Source: Heptranchias perlo (lineage: Eukaryota). From it: a stretch of 64,000 nucleotides of DNA. Position numbers and translations under genes: made by a program. The notes beneath the pieces were generated by a model that ran no database searches, was not told the DNA's origin, and saw nothing but the letters and a program-made list of their open reading frames with translations. Location: NCBI RefSeq assembly GCF_035084215.1, contig NC_090362.1:5890001-5954000 (forward strand), read 5' to 3'. Shown here in pieces: positions 25,001 to 38,000 of this stretch (the first letter of the stretch is position 1; every line of letters starts with the position of its first letter).

Positions 25001-25954
25001 AGATGTGTTTCTGACGCTATTCGGGAATGGAGGGTTTGGCCCCCTAAATTGGACCTGTTTTGCACCCATTATTCACCCGCAAAACGGGTGCAACCAGGTC
25101 TGATTTCCCCCCCGGGGGTCTGCAGTGGGAACGTGTTCAATCCCTGGTGCTAACCGTGATGAGCATAAAGTATATATTGTTTTAATCTTGTGCCACAAGA
25201 GTTTAATAAAAGTTATCCGTTCCCCTTTCCCCTTTACTCGATTACGCTCAGGGATCCACTGTTTGAGCATAAATAGGATTTTCTTCCATTTTTAACGGGT
25301 AAGGTTTCTGATCCTCTTCCACCGGGTGGGACTCTGTCACCCTGTCCCCAGGGATCACTGACCCCGGGCAGCCTATCAGAGAATAAGTGTGTTCATTGGA
25401 CGAAGCAACGGGCTCCTCCTTACTGTCCTCTTTGGGCTGAGATTGGCCGTCTGGTTTGAGTTCAATTGCTGACGAGGTTTCAATCTGATGTCCATGGTCC
25501 GTGTGGTCTCTGCCTAGATATTAAGAGAGGAGATCACGTTTGATGGGTTTCACTTGCAGTCGGGGAGAAATAATGAAAGGGGATTGACTCGTTACATGAG
25601 ATTAAGGTCCAGGAGCTTTATAACAGGCACAGTATTGGCTGAGAGGATTATACTGAAAGATTGCAACTACTTACATTTCACTCCCTGGATTTCAGTTTCG
25701 CCTCCATCACTAGGAAAACAGAAAATTAAACATGTGAGGAATGAGAAACATAAGATTCAATCGATATTAAACAGCTGTAAGTGGGGACTGGATTAGATTA
25801 CTTACTCCCCAGGGTCTGGACTTGTGTCCAGCCCAGACAGAAACTCTCCCTCTCTTTTTCTGTCTCTCTCTCTCTGCCTGTCTGTCGTTATCTCTGTCTC
25901 TGTCTCTCTGTCTCAGTCTCTGATGCTCTCTTTCTGTCTGTCTGTCTCCCTCTC

Positions 25955-26103
25955 NNNNNNNNNNNNNNNNNNNNNNNNNNNNNNNNNNNNNNNNNNNNNN
26001 NNNNNNNNNNNNNNNNNNNNNNNNNNNNNNNNNNNNNNNNNNNNNNNNNNNNNNNNNNNNNNNNNNNNNNNNNNNNNNNNNNNNNNNNNNNNNNNNNNNN
26101 NNN
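25955..26103. other. Assembly gap (149 N) inside the CT microsatellite of unit B
   Basis: Run of N. Confidence 1.
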
Positions 26104-29039
26104 CACTCTGCCTACCTCTGTCGCTCTCCCTCTCTCTCTCTGTCTCTGTTGATCTCTCTGTCTGTCTGTCTCCCACTAAGTCTCTCTCTCACTCAGTCCC
26201 TCTCTCTCACTCTCTCATTTTCTGTCTGTCTATCTCTGCCTCTCTGTCTCTCTCTCTCTGTTTGTCTCTGTCTCTCTCTCTATGTGTCTGTGTTTCTCTC
26301 TGTCTGTCTGTCTCCATCTGTCTGTCTCTCTGTCTGTCTCTTTCTGTCTGTCTCTTGCTCTGTCTCTCTCCCCGTCAGTCTCTTTCACTCTGTCTATCCC
26401 TCTCTCTGACTCTCTCTCTCCGTCTCTCTCCCTCTCGCTATCTCTCTCTCTGTCTCTCTCTCTCTGTCTCTGTGAACAATCCTCTCTGCAATGAGTTGCC
26501 ACAGTACCAATCCAGTTCCTTGCCTAAAACTGCCCATAATTCGGGACAATTTAGGACTGAATTGATCGTTTTATTCAGACAAGCTAAAATATTGATATGA
26601 GAAAAGTTTTTTGAACAAATAAGTTCCTTCAATCACAAGGAAAGGAGATATTCTGATGTTGGGATAAAGGAGCACTATCAGGGCAGAGGGCAGAGTGCTT
26701 TACATGGCCTCTGGCCATTCTGTACCTGGCTTGGGACTGTTTGGTCGTGAGATTAGATGCAAAAACTGGAAATGCTTTGGACTGGGTGATGCAATAGATT
26801 AGACCGTCCTTTCATATCTTCTTCTCAAAGCAAGTCCAGACTACTGAGAATAAAGGTCCTCTTTCTATCTCTCGCTGTCTCGCTCTCTCTGACTCTATCT
26901 CTTTGTCTGTCTCTGTATCTGTTTCTGTGTCTGCCTCTTTGCGTCTCTCTCTTTCTCTGTCTCCTTCTCTCTCTGTGTCTCTCTCCATCTCTCCCTCTCG
27001 CTCTGTCACTCCCTCTCACTCTGTCTCTCTGTCCAAGTCTCTCTTCCTGTCTGTCTCTCTCTTCCTGTCTGTCTCTCTCTCTTCCTGTCTGTCTCTCTCT
27101 CTTCCTGTCTGTCTCTCTCTTCCTGTCTGTCTCTCTCTCTCTTAAGGGTCCTTGATGAAATGGGTTTGGTCATCTTGATTCAGTTTGTAGCTCATGTGGG
27201 CCCACAGTACAAAATTATCCCTCAATGTTTACAATCATTTTCCAAACTTCACTGGATACAGGCTTAGTGCCGGAGGATTGGAGGACTGCTAATGTTGTAC
27301 CGTTGTTTAAAAAGGGAGCGAAGGATAGACTGAGTAATTACAGGCCAGTCAGCCTAACCTCGGTGGTGGGGCAATTATTGGAATCAATTCTGAGGGACAG
27401 GATAAACTGTCACTTAGAAAGGCACGGATTAATCAAGGACAGTCAGCACGGATTTGTTAAGTGGAGGTCGTGTCTGACTAACTTGATTGAATTTTTCGAG
27501 GAGGTGACAAGGAGGATCAATGAGGGTAGCGCAATTGATGTAGTCTACATGGATTTTAGCAAGGCTTTTGACAAGGTCCCACACGGCAGATTGGTCAAAA
27601 ATGTAAAGGCCCATGGGATCCAAGGGAATGTGGCAAATTGGATCCAAAATTGGCTCAGTGGCAGAAAGCAAAGGGTAATGGTCGACGGGTGTTTTTGCGA
27701 CTGGAAGGCTGTTTCCAGTGGGGTGCCGCAGGGCTCGGTACTAGTTCCTTTGCTTTTTGTGCTATGCATTAACAATTTAGACTTAAACGTAGGGGCATGA
27801 TTAAGACATTTGTGGATGACACAAGATAGGCCGTGTGGTTGATAGTGAGGAGGAAAGCTGTAGACTGCAGCAAGATATCAACGGACTGGTCAGATGGGCA
27901 GAAAAGTGGCAAATGGAGTTCAATCCAGAGAAGTGTGAGGTAATGCATTTGGAGAGAGCAAAAAAGGCAAAAGAATACACAATAAATGGGAGGATACTGA
28001 GAGGTGCAGAGGAAATGAAGGACCTTGGAGTGCATGTCCACAGATCCCTGAAGTAGCAGGACACGTAGATAAGGTGATTAAGGCGGCATATGGAATGCTT
28101 TCCTTTATTAGCCAAGGCATAGAATATAAAAGCAGGGATGTTATGCTCGAACTGTATAAAACACTAGTTAGGCCACAGCTTGAGTACTGCGCAAAGTTCT
28201 GGTCACCACATTACAGGAAGGATGTAACTGCACTCGAGAGGGTGCAGAGGAGATTTACGAGGATGTTGCCAGAACTGGAGAATTTTAGCTATGATGACAG
28301 ATTGGATAGGCTGGGGTTGTTTTCCTTGGAACAGAGGAGGCTGAGGGGTGATTTAATTGAGGTGTACAAAATTATGAGGGGCCTCGATCGACTGGATAGG
28401 AAGGACCTATTTCCCTTAGTGGAGGGGTCAATAACCAGGGGGCATAGATTTAAAGTGATTGGTAGAAGGATTAGAGCGGAAATTAGGAAAAAAAATTTCA
28501 CCCAGGGGGTGGTGGGGGTCTGGAACTCAATGCCCGAAAGGGTGGTAGAGGCAGAAACCCTCAACTCATTTAAAAAATACCTGGATGTGCACCTGAAGAG
28601 CCGTGACCCGCAGGGCTACGGACCAAATGCGGGAAAGTGGGATTAGGCTGGGTGGCTTGTTTCTCAGCCGGCGTGGACACGATGGGCCGAATGGCCTCTT
28701 TCTGTGCCATAAATTTTCGATGATTCTATGATTCTAATTGGCAATTTCATTCAAACAGCCCATGAGGTGTGAGAAGTGGAGATGTCCTTGCTCCCTCCTG
28801 AGTTTGGAGTTGAGGAGCATTGTTAGGACAGTCCTCAGGGAGCTTTACACTATGTCCAATCTGTGCAGTCCCTGACCTGGAGTGCTCGAAATGATACTGG
28901 GTGGCCAAAATGGAAAAGTAACTCATTTACCAGCACGGACTCCCCTCACCTTCATTACATTAACAATCTTCGAACCCTCCCTCCCAAAATAAACATTGTC
29001 AGTGTTGAACATTGCTGGGGTAACAGCTGTCAGCTCTTC

Positions 29040-32000
29040 TTACCCTTTGACCATTGGCTCTTTGATCACACAGTACACGTGCTCTGTGGACACAGAGTTT
29101 CGGCCAGTGCTCTCCGATCCTTCACCTGGCCTTGTCTGGCCAGTTGGTGTTTGAACTCTCGTCACCGCGTACGCTACAAGCTCGCTGTCATCTCTCTGGT
29201 CCCGTATGGGCACCACAGCAGGCGGGAAACCTGGACAGAAGGATGGGAACACGAAGTGTGCTTTTAGTTTCAAGTTACAAAGGGACACACTCGGAAGATC
29301 TGGGCAGTAATTCTGGATACTTACATTCAGCTTCCTGCATCAGCTGCACATCGCCGCCCCTACAGTTATTGGAGAAATGAAACAATGAAATGTTTCATTA
29401 AATGAGCAAAACTATACAGAAAGTCTGCACGAAAATTGAGTGAATCACATCCCTACCTCGGTCCTGGTGCTGAGAGCCCTTCACAATTCATGGGATAAGA
29501 TCGGAAAGATAAATTTAAACATCATTGTAATGAGTCTGTATTTAAATACAATTTTCTGGTTTTAAATTGAACATTTTAAAGCTCTCGCTTACCTTTCGCA
29601 GATTGTCTGTTCCTTCTGATGATGCAAATTACCCCAACTATGCAAATAAGCACAACCGCGCACACGACATACACAAATTTGTCAGTGGCACCAGTGTAAG
29701 GATCTGCAGAGGAGAAGCAACATTATGTTCAGTCTGTGCAATCCCGTGTTTTGTGGGACAGCTGATTACACTGGTTACCTGGGCTGAAGAACAAAGGTTA
29801 GAATAGGTTTCAGGTTAGAATCTGGAATAGTACAATGGCAAAAGAAGAAAATCAAACCAATTTATAATGGGTACAAACTGTACAACTGATCTAGAATCTC
29901 TCAGCTTGAATTATTACTACTTAAATGATCACATTATATTTTAGATTGTATCACTTATTTTCAGTATTTGTAGGGGTTATGCTGCTGGTCACTGCAGATG
30001 TTTGATGATGTTCTCCAGCGTCATTCTCTCTTAGAATTCCAGATGTTGAGGTGGAGGTGTCTGAAGATTCTGCACTCGGCTCTTGTCACAGTAAGGGAGA
30101 CATTTGCTGCTATCTTCCAGACACGATTCCCAGAACTAGATCCAGCAATGTCTCCTTCCCCATTGGGCCGGAAACATACTGATCAAGAAAGTTCTCCTGA
30201 ACACACTTCAGAAATTCCTCCCCCTCTTTGCCCTTTACACTATTACTATCCCAGTCTATATTAGGATAGTTGAAGTCCCCCATTATCACTATTCTATAGT
30301 TCTTGCACCTCTCTGTAATTTCCCTGCAAATTTGCATATTGGTGGCCTTTAGAATATATCCATTAGTGTCATGGCGCCTCCATTGTTTCTTAACTCTAAC
30401 CAAGGTGATGCTAATGCTATCAAATGGAGATTGCTGGGCTCCCTCTTGGAGATGGTCATTGTCTGGCACTTGTGCAGTGCAAATGTTACTTGCCACTTAT
30501 CAGCCCAAGTCTGGATGTTGTCCAGGTCTTGCAGCATGCGGGCATGAACTGCTTCATTATCTGTGGAATTTTGAATGGAGCTAAACACTGAAAACATCAC
30601 CGAGCAGCCCCATTTCTGACCTTATGATGGAGGGAGGGTCATTGATGAAACAGCTGAAGAGAGTTAGGACTCGGACGCTGCCATGAGGAACTCCTGCAGC
30701 GATGTCCCCCTGGATACTGGTGGTGCTGGGCCTTTTTCTTGAACCGTGCAGTCCGTGTGGTGAAGGTGCTCCCACAGTACTGTTAGGTCGGGAATTCCAA
30801 GAATTTGATCCAATGACAATGAAGGATAAGTGGCAATAGGAACAGTATGTGGCTTGGAGGGGAGCTTAGAGATGATCATGTTACCAGGACATTGCTGCTC
30901 TTATCCTTCTTGGTGGTAGAGGGAGGGAGTTGCTGTAGATGGTACATACTGAAGCCATTGTGTGCCAGTGGTCCATTGGACATTGAGCCTGGTAACAGGG
31001 AGGGATCCAGGTGGGAGAGCCCAACCTTGGGAGAGCTCAGTGTTAGTTATGGCATTTCTGCAGGATTTGAAATCCAATATTAATATTGCAGTGATTTATT
31101 TTGTGACATAAATGATATCACCTCACTATGTGCCTGTGAACAAAAAACAATTTCACGAGGTCGGTCTTTATTTTGTGAGATGGTGTAAAACAGGTGATAA
31201 CGAATCGTCAGCCCGTTTTACATCAATCCCCATTTTTATTTCCATTGACTTCAAATCTGCCCTGAAGCAGTGTATCAATGGAAGGCAGGGAATGGTGGGG
31301 TCCACAATAACACATCAGGGGGAATTCACTGACCCTGCCCCTCTCCCCCGGCAGTGAGCTCTGCTTAGAGGAGATGCAATTGTATTGGGCCCATTCCCTG
31401 ACCCCTGCTCCATGTTTGAGCATGGCTGCCCACTGGTGAATTTACCAGTGAAGTCCTTTTATGTTACTCAATAGCCCCATGCATTGTTCAACATTTCCAA
31501 CATCAAAATATAAACTTCTAATTTCAATGTAGTTACACTGTTTTCTGCTTTTAAAAACACTGTTTAGAGACAGGCTGGGGGCAGACAATTAGTGACGAAC
31601 TTTCCCTTACACTATCCTGGATTTCCACCTCAGCCTCCTCATAAATAGGGCCACCTGCCGCTCTCCCCCTCCCCCCTCTTCCCTCTCCCCCCAGCGACCT
31701 CTCTCACTCTCCCCCCTTCTTCCCCCTCTCCCCTCCAGGTTACCTGGAATGAAGAACAATATTTTCCGGTTAGAATCTGGAATAGTACAATAACGAAGGA
31801 AAGAAATGGAACATACTTATAATGGGTACAAACTGGATTCTCTCAGCTTGAATTATTTATATCAAATGATCACATTATATTTTAGATTGTATCACTTACT
31901 TTCAGTATTTGCAGGGGTTATGCTGCTGTTCACTGAGGATATTCCAGATGTTGAGGTGGAGGTGTCTGAAGATTCTGCACTCGGCCCTGTCACAGCAAGG

Positions 32001-35000
32001 GAGACGTTTGCTGCAATCTTCCAGACAGGTTTCCCTGAATCCTGAACATTTACAGCACAGAGATACCTCCCTGTGTCTACCCTGTGAGCTGAGTGTATAG
32101 TAAGGTTGTGAGACTGGCTTCTATCAGTCGGATTGTGTGAGCTTTGGTTGGAAATTCGTTGTTCCGATTTTCTATCCACACAGCAGCGTGTGTTAGAATG
32201 TGAATTATAATCCTCAATGTGAACAGAATGCAGACACTTGCTGATGTTTCCAGATGTGATCCAAAACAGAGTGAAGGGCAGGCTTTTGTTATTCTCAAAC
32301 TGACAGGCTAAAGTCACATTTTCTCCCTCTGACACTGTCATTGACAAGGAATTTATTTCGGTGGATAATATTTCATCTGAATCTATAAACAACATTGAAA
32401 AGAATATTTGTTAATATAATAATCATTGAAGCATGGAATCATAGAAGTTTACAACATGGAAACAGGCCCTTCGGCCCAACATGTCCATATCGCCCAGTTT
32501 ATACCACTAAGCTAGTCCCAATTGCCTGCACTTGGCCCATATCCCTCTATACCCATCTTACCCATGTAACATAATCTCCCCTAATAATCTCCAGTGTGGT
32601 ACTTTGTCAAAGGATTTCCTAAAGTCGATGTACACCACGTCCACTACACTTCACCATGCCTGATAGCTCCTCAAAGCTTGGTCAAGCATGTTCCTCTTGA
32701 AATCCGTGCTGGCTACTCTCCAATACCTCCCCTGTTACCTCCCTGATACCTTCCCTGATACCTCCCCGATACCTCCACTGATACCTCCCCTGATACCTCC
32801 CCTGATACCTCCCCAATACCTACAATCACACCGCCCCGTTACCTCCCCGATACTTCCCCTGATACCTCCCCGATAACCCCTGCTACCTCCCTGGTATCTC
32901 CCTCAGTTACCTCCCCGATACTTGTCCTGATACCTCCCCTGATATCGCCCCGGGACACGTACCACTTTGGATTATCACAAAGAATAAGGTGTGGTTTTCA
33001 CATCCATCTCCCGTCAGTGTGACCCAGGACAGACAATCCGATGATCCATTTCCTGTGGAATCCTGAGCCGTGCAGGTAAATACCATAGAGTTTGATGTCT
33101 TCACATCGAATGTCAGTGACTGAGACTCCATTTGATCTTCATTTGTTTCATGTTTTCTACACTCTGGCTGATTTTGGTTATTGCTGTCCTGAGGATTGTT
33201 GTTTCCATTAGATTTAATTTTCATCCTTTGTTTCTCACATTTTGTTTTGCCCATTTCTGTTCCGAGATCACTGGTACTCCACCAGGTTACTTTATTCCCA
33301 GCACCAGTGGGTACGTTGCATTGCAGAGTGGTGAAATCCCCTGGTCCTCGAGAGAAGAAATAAGTGGATCCTACAGGGAAAGAGCAGAATCAGATAGAGA
33401 TAAATAACATTCCATACAGGAAAGGTCATTAAACACTCAGTGTGAAACAAAGCCTCTCACAGTAAATGAAGGAATGGTATTTTTTAAACTGCACAATGGC
33501 TTGTAATAGGCCAGTTTATTGTTGTTCCTTTCACAAAATTCTTTGCCACAGTCTCTAAATTAGCAAATCCACTTGGTGTTACAAATTACTTTTGTGTCAA
33601 ATTACATTTTCCAAATAGTTTCATTGACGCTTGTTGACAACGTCTTCATTATTTTTTGAGATCTACAAGATCACCCTGCAGGAAGCAGATGATTACAGAC
33701 ATCAGTTAATGTCAGGATTAGGTCGGCTGTGATGCCCCCCATGGTCCAGCAGCCTGCTGATTCTGACTGTCGAGACTTGTATATGAAGAATGGCCACTCG
33801 CACGAGGTGCTGGAGGGCGGCTGGCACCCGGGGAACAGTAATCCGGCACCTGGGCCTGGAATCGTGCTGATCAGGAAAGAGTTCAACTTATTGGTCAGTC
33901 TCCTGTAACGTTGCACATGGAGACTCAAGACTGGTGCAATCTTTAGTTGGAACAGGGTTAAAAGGAGGGTGATAATTGGACCAGGGTGCACCGTCATAAT
34001 GCAGTCCTTACTTTAATATAATATACCTTGATTTTATATTACTATTTTTAGTTAAATGTCAACACTTACAACAATTTGGAAAGCAAAGAAGTGGAATCAA
34101 TCGGAGCACGGGAACTTCTCTGGAGAACAGACTGAGGAGCCGGGAAACACAAATCCGAGCGCTACAGTGCAGCCACTGGTGGGAAGGGGTAATTGCAGTG
34201 TGACAAGTTTAAAAGGAAGAAAGAGGATGTCCAAAAGCACTTTACAGCCAATGAAGTACTTTTGAATTGTCGTCACTGTTGTAATGTAGGAAACAAGGCA
34301 GCCAATTTGTGCGCAGCAAGGTCAAACATCAATGTGATAATGACCAGAGAACCCGTTAGTTATGCTGGTTGAGAGATAAATATTGGCCAGGACACCAGGG
34401 AGAACTCTTTCGAAATAACAACAACATCAACTTCCATTTATATAGCATCTTTAACATAGTAAAACGTCCCAAAGCACTTCACAGGAGCGATTGTCAAACA
34501 AAATTTGACTCCAAGCCACATAAGGAGACATTAGGACAGGTGACCAAAAGCTGGGTCAAAGAGGTAGGTTTTAAGTAGCGTCTTAAAGGAGGAGAGAGAG
34601 ATGGAGAGGTGGAGAGGTTTCGGGAGGGAATTCTACAGCTTAGGGCCTCGATAGCTGAAGGCACTGCCGCCAATGTTGAAGCAATTAAAATCGGGGATGC
34701 ACAAGAGGCAAGAATTGGAGAAGCGCAGAGATCTTGGAGGGTTGTGGGGCTGGAGGAGGTTACAGAGATGGGGAAGGGCGAGTCCATGGACGGATTTGAA
34801 AACAAGGATGAGAATTTTAAAATCAAGGCATTACCAGACCAGGAGCCAATATAGGTCAGCGAGAACAGAGGTGATGGGTGAACGGGACTTGATGCGAGTT
34901 AAGGCAGCAGAGTTTTGGATGAGCTCAAGTTTATGGAGGGTGGAAGATGGAAGGCCGGTTAACAGAGCGTTGGAATAGTCAAGTCTCGAGGTAACAAAGG

Positions 35001-38000
35001 CATGGATGAGGGTTTCAGCAGCAGATGAGCTGAGGCAGGGACCGGAAACGGGTGATGTTATGGAGGTGAAAGTAGGCAGTCTTGGTGAAGGAGCGGATAT
35101 GTGATCAGAAGCTCATCTCAGGGTCAAATAGGACACTATGGTTGCGAACGGTCTGGTTCAGCCTCAGACAGTGGCCAGGGAGGGGGATGGAGTCGATGGC
35201 CAGGGATCGGAGTTTGTGGCAAGGACCAAAGACAATGGTTTAGGTCTCCCCACTATTTAGTTGGACGAAATTTTTGCTCATCCAATATTGGATTTTGGAC
35301 AAGCAGCATGACAAATCAGAGACAGTGGAGGGGTCAAGGGAGTTGGTGGAGCGGTAGAGCTGGGTGTCGTCAGTGAACATGTGGAACCTGACATTGTGTT
35401 TGCAGATGATGTTGCCGAGGGGGCAGCATGTAGATGAGAACTAGGAGGGGGCCAAGGATAGATCCTTGGGGGACTCCAGAGGTAATGGTGCGAGAGCGGG
35501 AAGAGAAGCCATTACAGATGATTCTCTGGCTACTACTGGATAGATAGGAATGGAACCAGGTGACCACAGTCCCTCCCAGCTGGACGATGGAGGAGAGGCG
35601 TTGGAGGAGGATGGTGTAGTTAACTGTGTCAAAGGCTGCAGGCAGGCCAAGAAGGATGAGGAGAGATAGTTTACCATGGTCACAGTCACATAGGATGTCA
35701 TTTATGATTTTCAAAATCATGAAGGGTCTAGACAGAGTAGATAGAGAGAAACTGTTCCCATTGGCAGAAGGGTCAAGAACCAGAGGATATAGATTTAAGG
35801 TGATTGGCAAAAGAACCAAAGGTGACATAAGGAAAAACTTTTTTACGCAGCGAGTTGTTGGGATCTGGAATGCACTGCCCGAGGGATGGTAGAGGCAGAT
35901 TCAATGATGGCCTTCAAAGGGAACTGGATAAGTTCTTGAAACGAAAAAATGAGCAGGGCTACGGGGATAAGGCAGGGGAGTGGGACTAGCTGGATTGATT
36001 GTGCATAGAGCCATCGCGGACTCAATGGGCTGAATGGCCTCCTTCCGTGCTGTAACCTTTCTATAATTCTATGATTCTATGATAAGGGTCATTTCAGAAC
36101 TGTGGCAGGGGAGGAAAACTGATTGGAGGGATTCAAACATGGAGTTGCAGGAAAGATGAGCACAGTTTTGGGAAGCAACAACACGTTCAAGGACTTTGGA
36201 GAGGAAAGGGAGGTTGGAGATGAGACGGTAGTTTGCAAGGACAGAGGGGTCAAGGGTGTTTTTTTTAGGAGGGGGTGATGACGTCAGATTTAAAGGGGAG
36301 GGGGACAGTAGCTGAGGAGAGGGAACCGTTAACAATATCAGCTAACATGGAGGCCAGGAAGGAAAGTTGGTTGGTCAGCAGTTTAGTGGGGATAGGATTG
36401 TGGGAGCAGGAGGTAGGTCTCATGATCAAGATGTGCTCAGACAGGGAGATAGGAGAGAAACTAAAGAAAGATGCGAGTTCAGGGCTAGGGAAGGGGAAGT
36501 TTGGATTAGTGGCTAGGGGAAGGGAGGGAAGCGGCAGAGGCAGCTGACCAGATGGTCTCAATCTTAATGACAAAGTAGTCCATGAGCTCCTCGCACTTGT
36601 TGATGAAGGTGAGGGTGGAGGGGGCAGGGGAGAGGGGTTTAAGAAGGCGGTTTGTAATGGAGAATAGAAGCCGTGGGTTATCTTTGCATTCCAGGATGAT
36701 CCTGGAATAGTGTGCAGTTTTAGCAGAGGAGAGCAGGACCTGATAGTGCTTTATGTGGTCCAGCCAGATGTGGCGATGAATGGCTAAACCTGTTGTCCAC
36801 CATAAATATTCAAGTCTGCGTCCCTTGGATTTAAGGGAGTGGAGATGAGGGCCTTACCAGGGGGAATCAACAGGGTGAGAGAGAGTAATGGTTTTAATGG
36901 TGACAAGGTGGAGGTGGGGGTGTGATTCAGCAGATCGGTAGCTGCAGAAATATCGTGGTGAATAGAGGGTGAAAGGTAGACAGTTGGGAATTTGAAAGTG
37001 CCGTTCTAAGAGACTTGGGGAGGGTTTTTTCCAGGGGCAGAGACATAAGGAAGTGGAGCTGGGAGGGGGAAGGGAGATATGTATGGAGAGGGATACAAGA
37101 AAGTGATCAGAGATGGCGTTTTCCACGATGGACACAATGGGAGTAGAGAGGCCACGTGAGATGGCAAGGTCGAGGTGGTGGCCGTGAATGTGGGTAGGGG
37201 AGTTTATATGGAGGGAGAGATTAAGGTTGGATAGGAGAGCAATGAACTCAGAGGAGAGAGAGTATGATGAGTTGAGATGGAGGTTGAAATCACCAAGGAT
37301 GAGAAGTTGTTCGATGCAGAGGCTGAGTAAGGAAAGCAGTGAAGATATCTCGATGAGAAACTTGGCGTAGTACTTGGGTGGGCGGTAGAGAACGAGGATT
37401 TTAAAGGAGAGGTGAGAGGGGTGGAACAAGGTGAGATGCTCAAAGGAGGAGAAGGTGCCAGAGGAGTAGGGGGCAGACCAAAGTGTGATTTGGTGATAAG
37501 GGCCACACCACCACCGCGGTGGTCTGGGCAAGGCAAGTGGTGGAAGATTTGGTCAGGCGGGGAGGCTTCATTAAGGTGGAAGGTGTCATCACCTGTCAGC
37601 CAGTCAAGACCATGATGTCGATGCAATCATCCACAACAAGCTCATGGATGGCAAGGGCCTTGTCCACAAGTGAACGGACATTCTGGAGGGAGATGCGGAG
37701 ATGGACGGTGATAGCTGATCCGCTGGCAGAGTCCACCAGGATCAGCGTTGGGTGGGGTGAGTGGGGCAGGAAGATTAGTGGGCACGCTGGGCGAGAAAGT
37801 TGGTGAGGGAGTAGGATGGGGTAGGTGGGGTTGCTGCTCGTAAGGAGGTAGCGACAAGTGCCTCGATGGGCCCTTCAGAGGATGCCAAGAGGCACAGAGG
37901 GAAGCTTATCTAAGAGGGAGTCAAGCCTGGGATGGCGGCAGGAGAGTAGGAAGGTCGAGGACTGCTGAAGGGTTGGGGTAAGGGTTTGGAGGGCAGAGTA

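Noticed and set aside
33671-33997. ~108-aa ORF in intron 1 (also within 13983-14459) as an extra exon
   Set aside because: No domain features, an indel between copies changes its C-terminus, and exon 1 splices in frame directly to exon 2.
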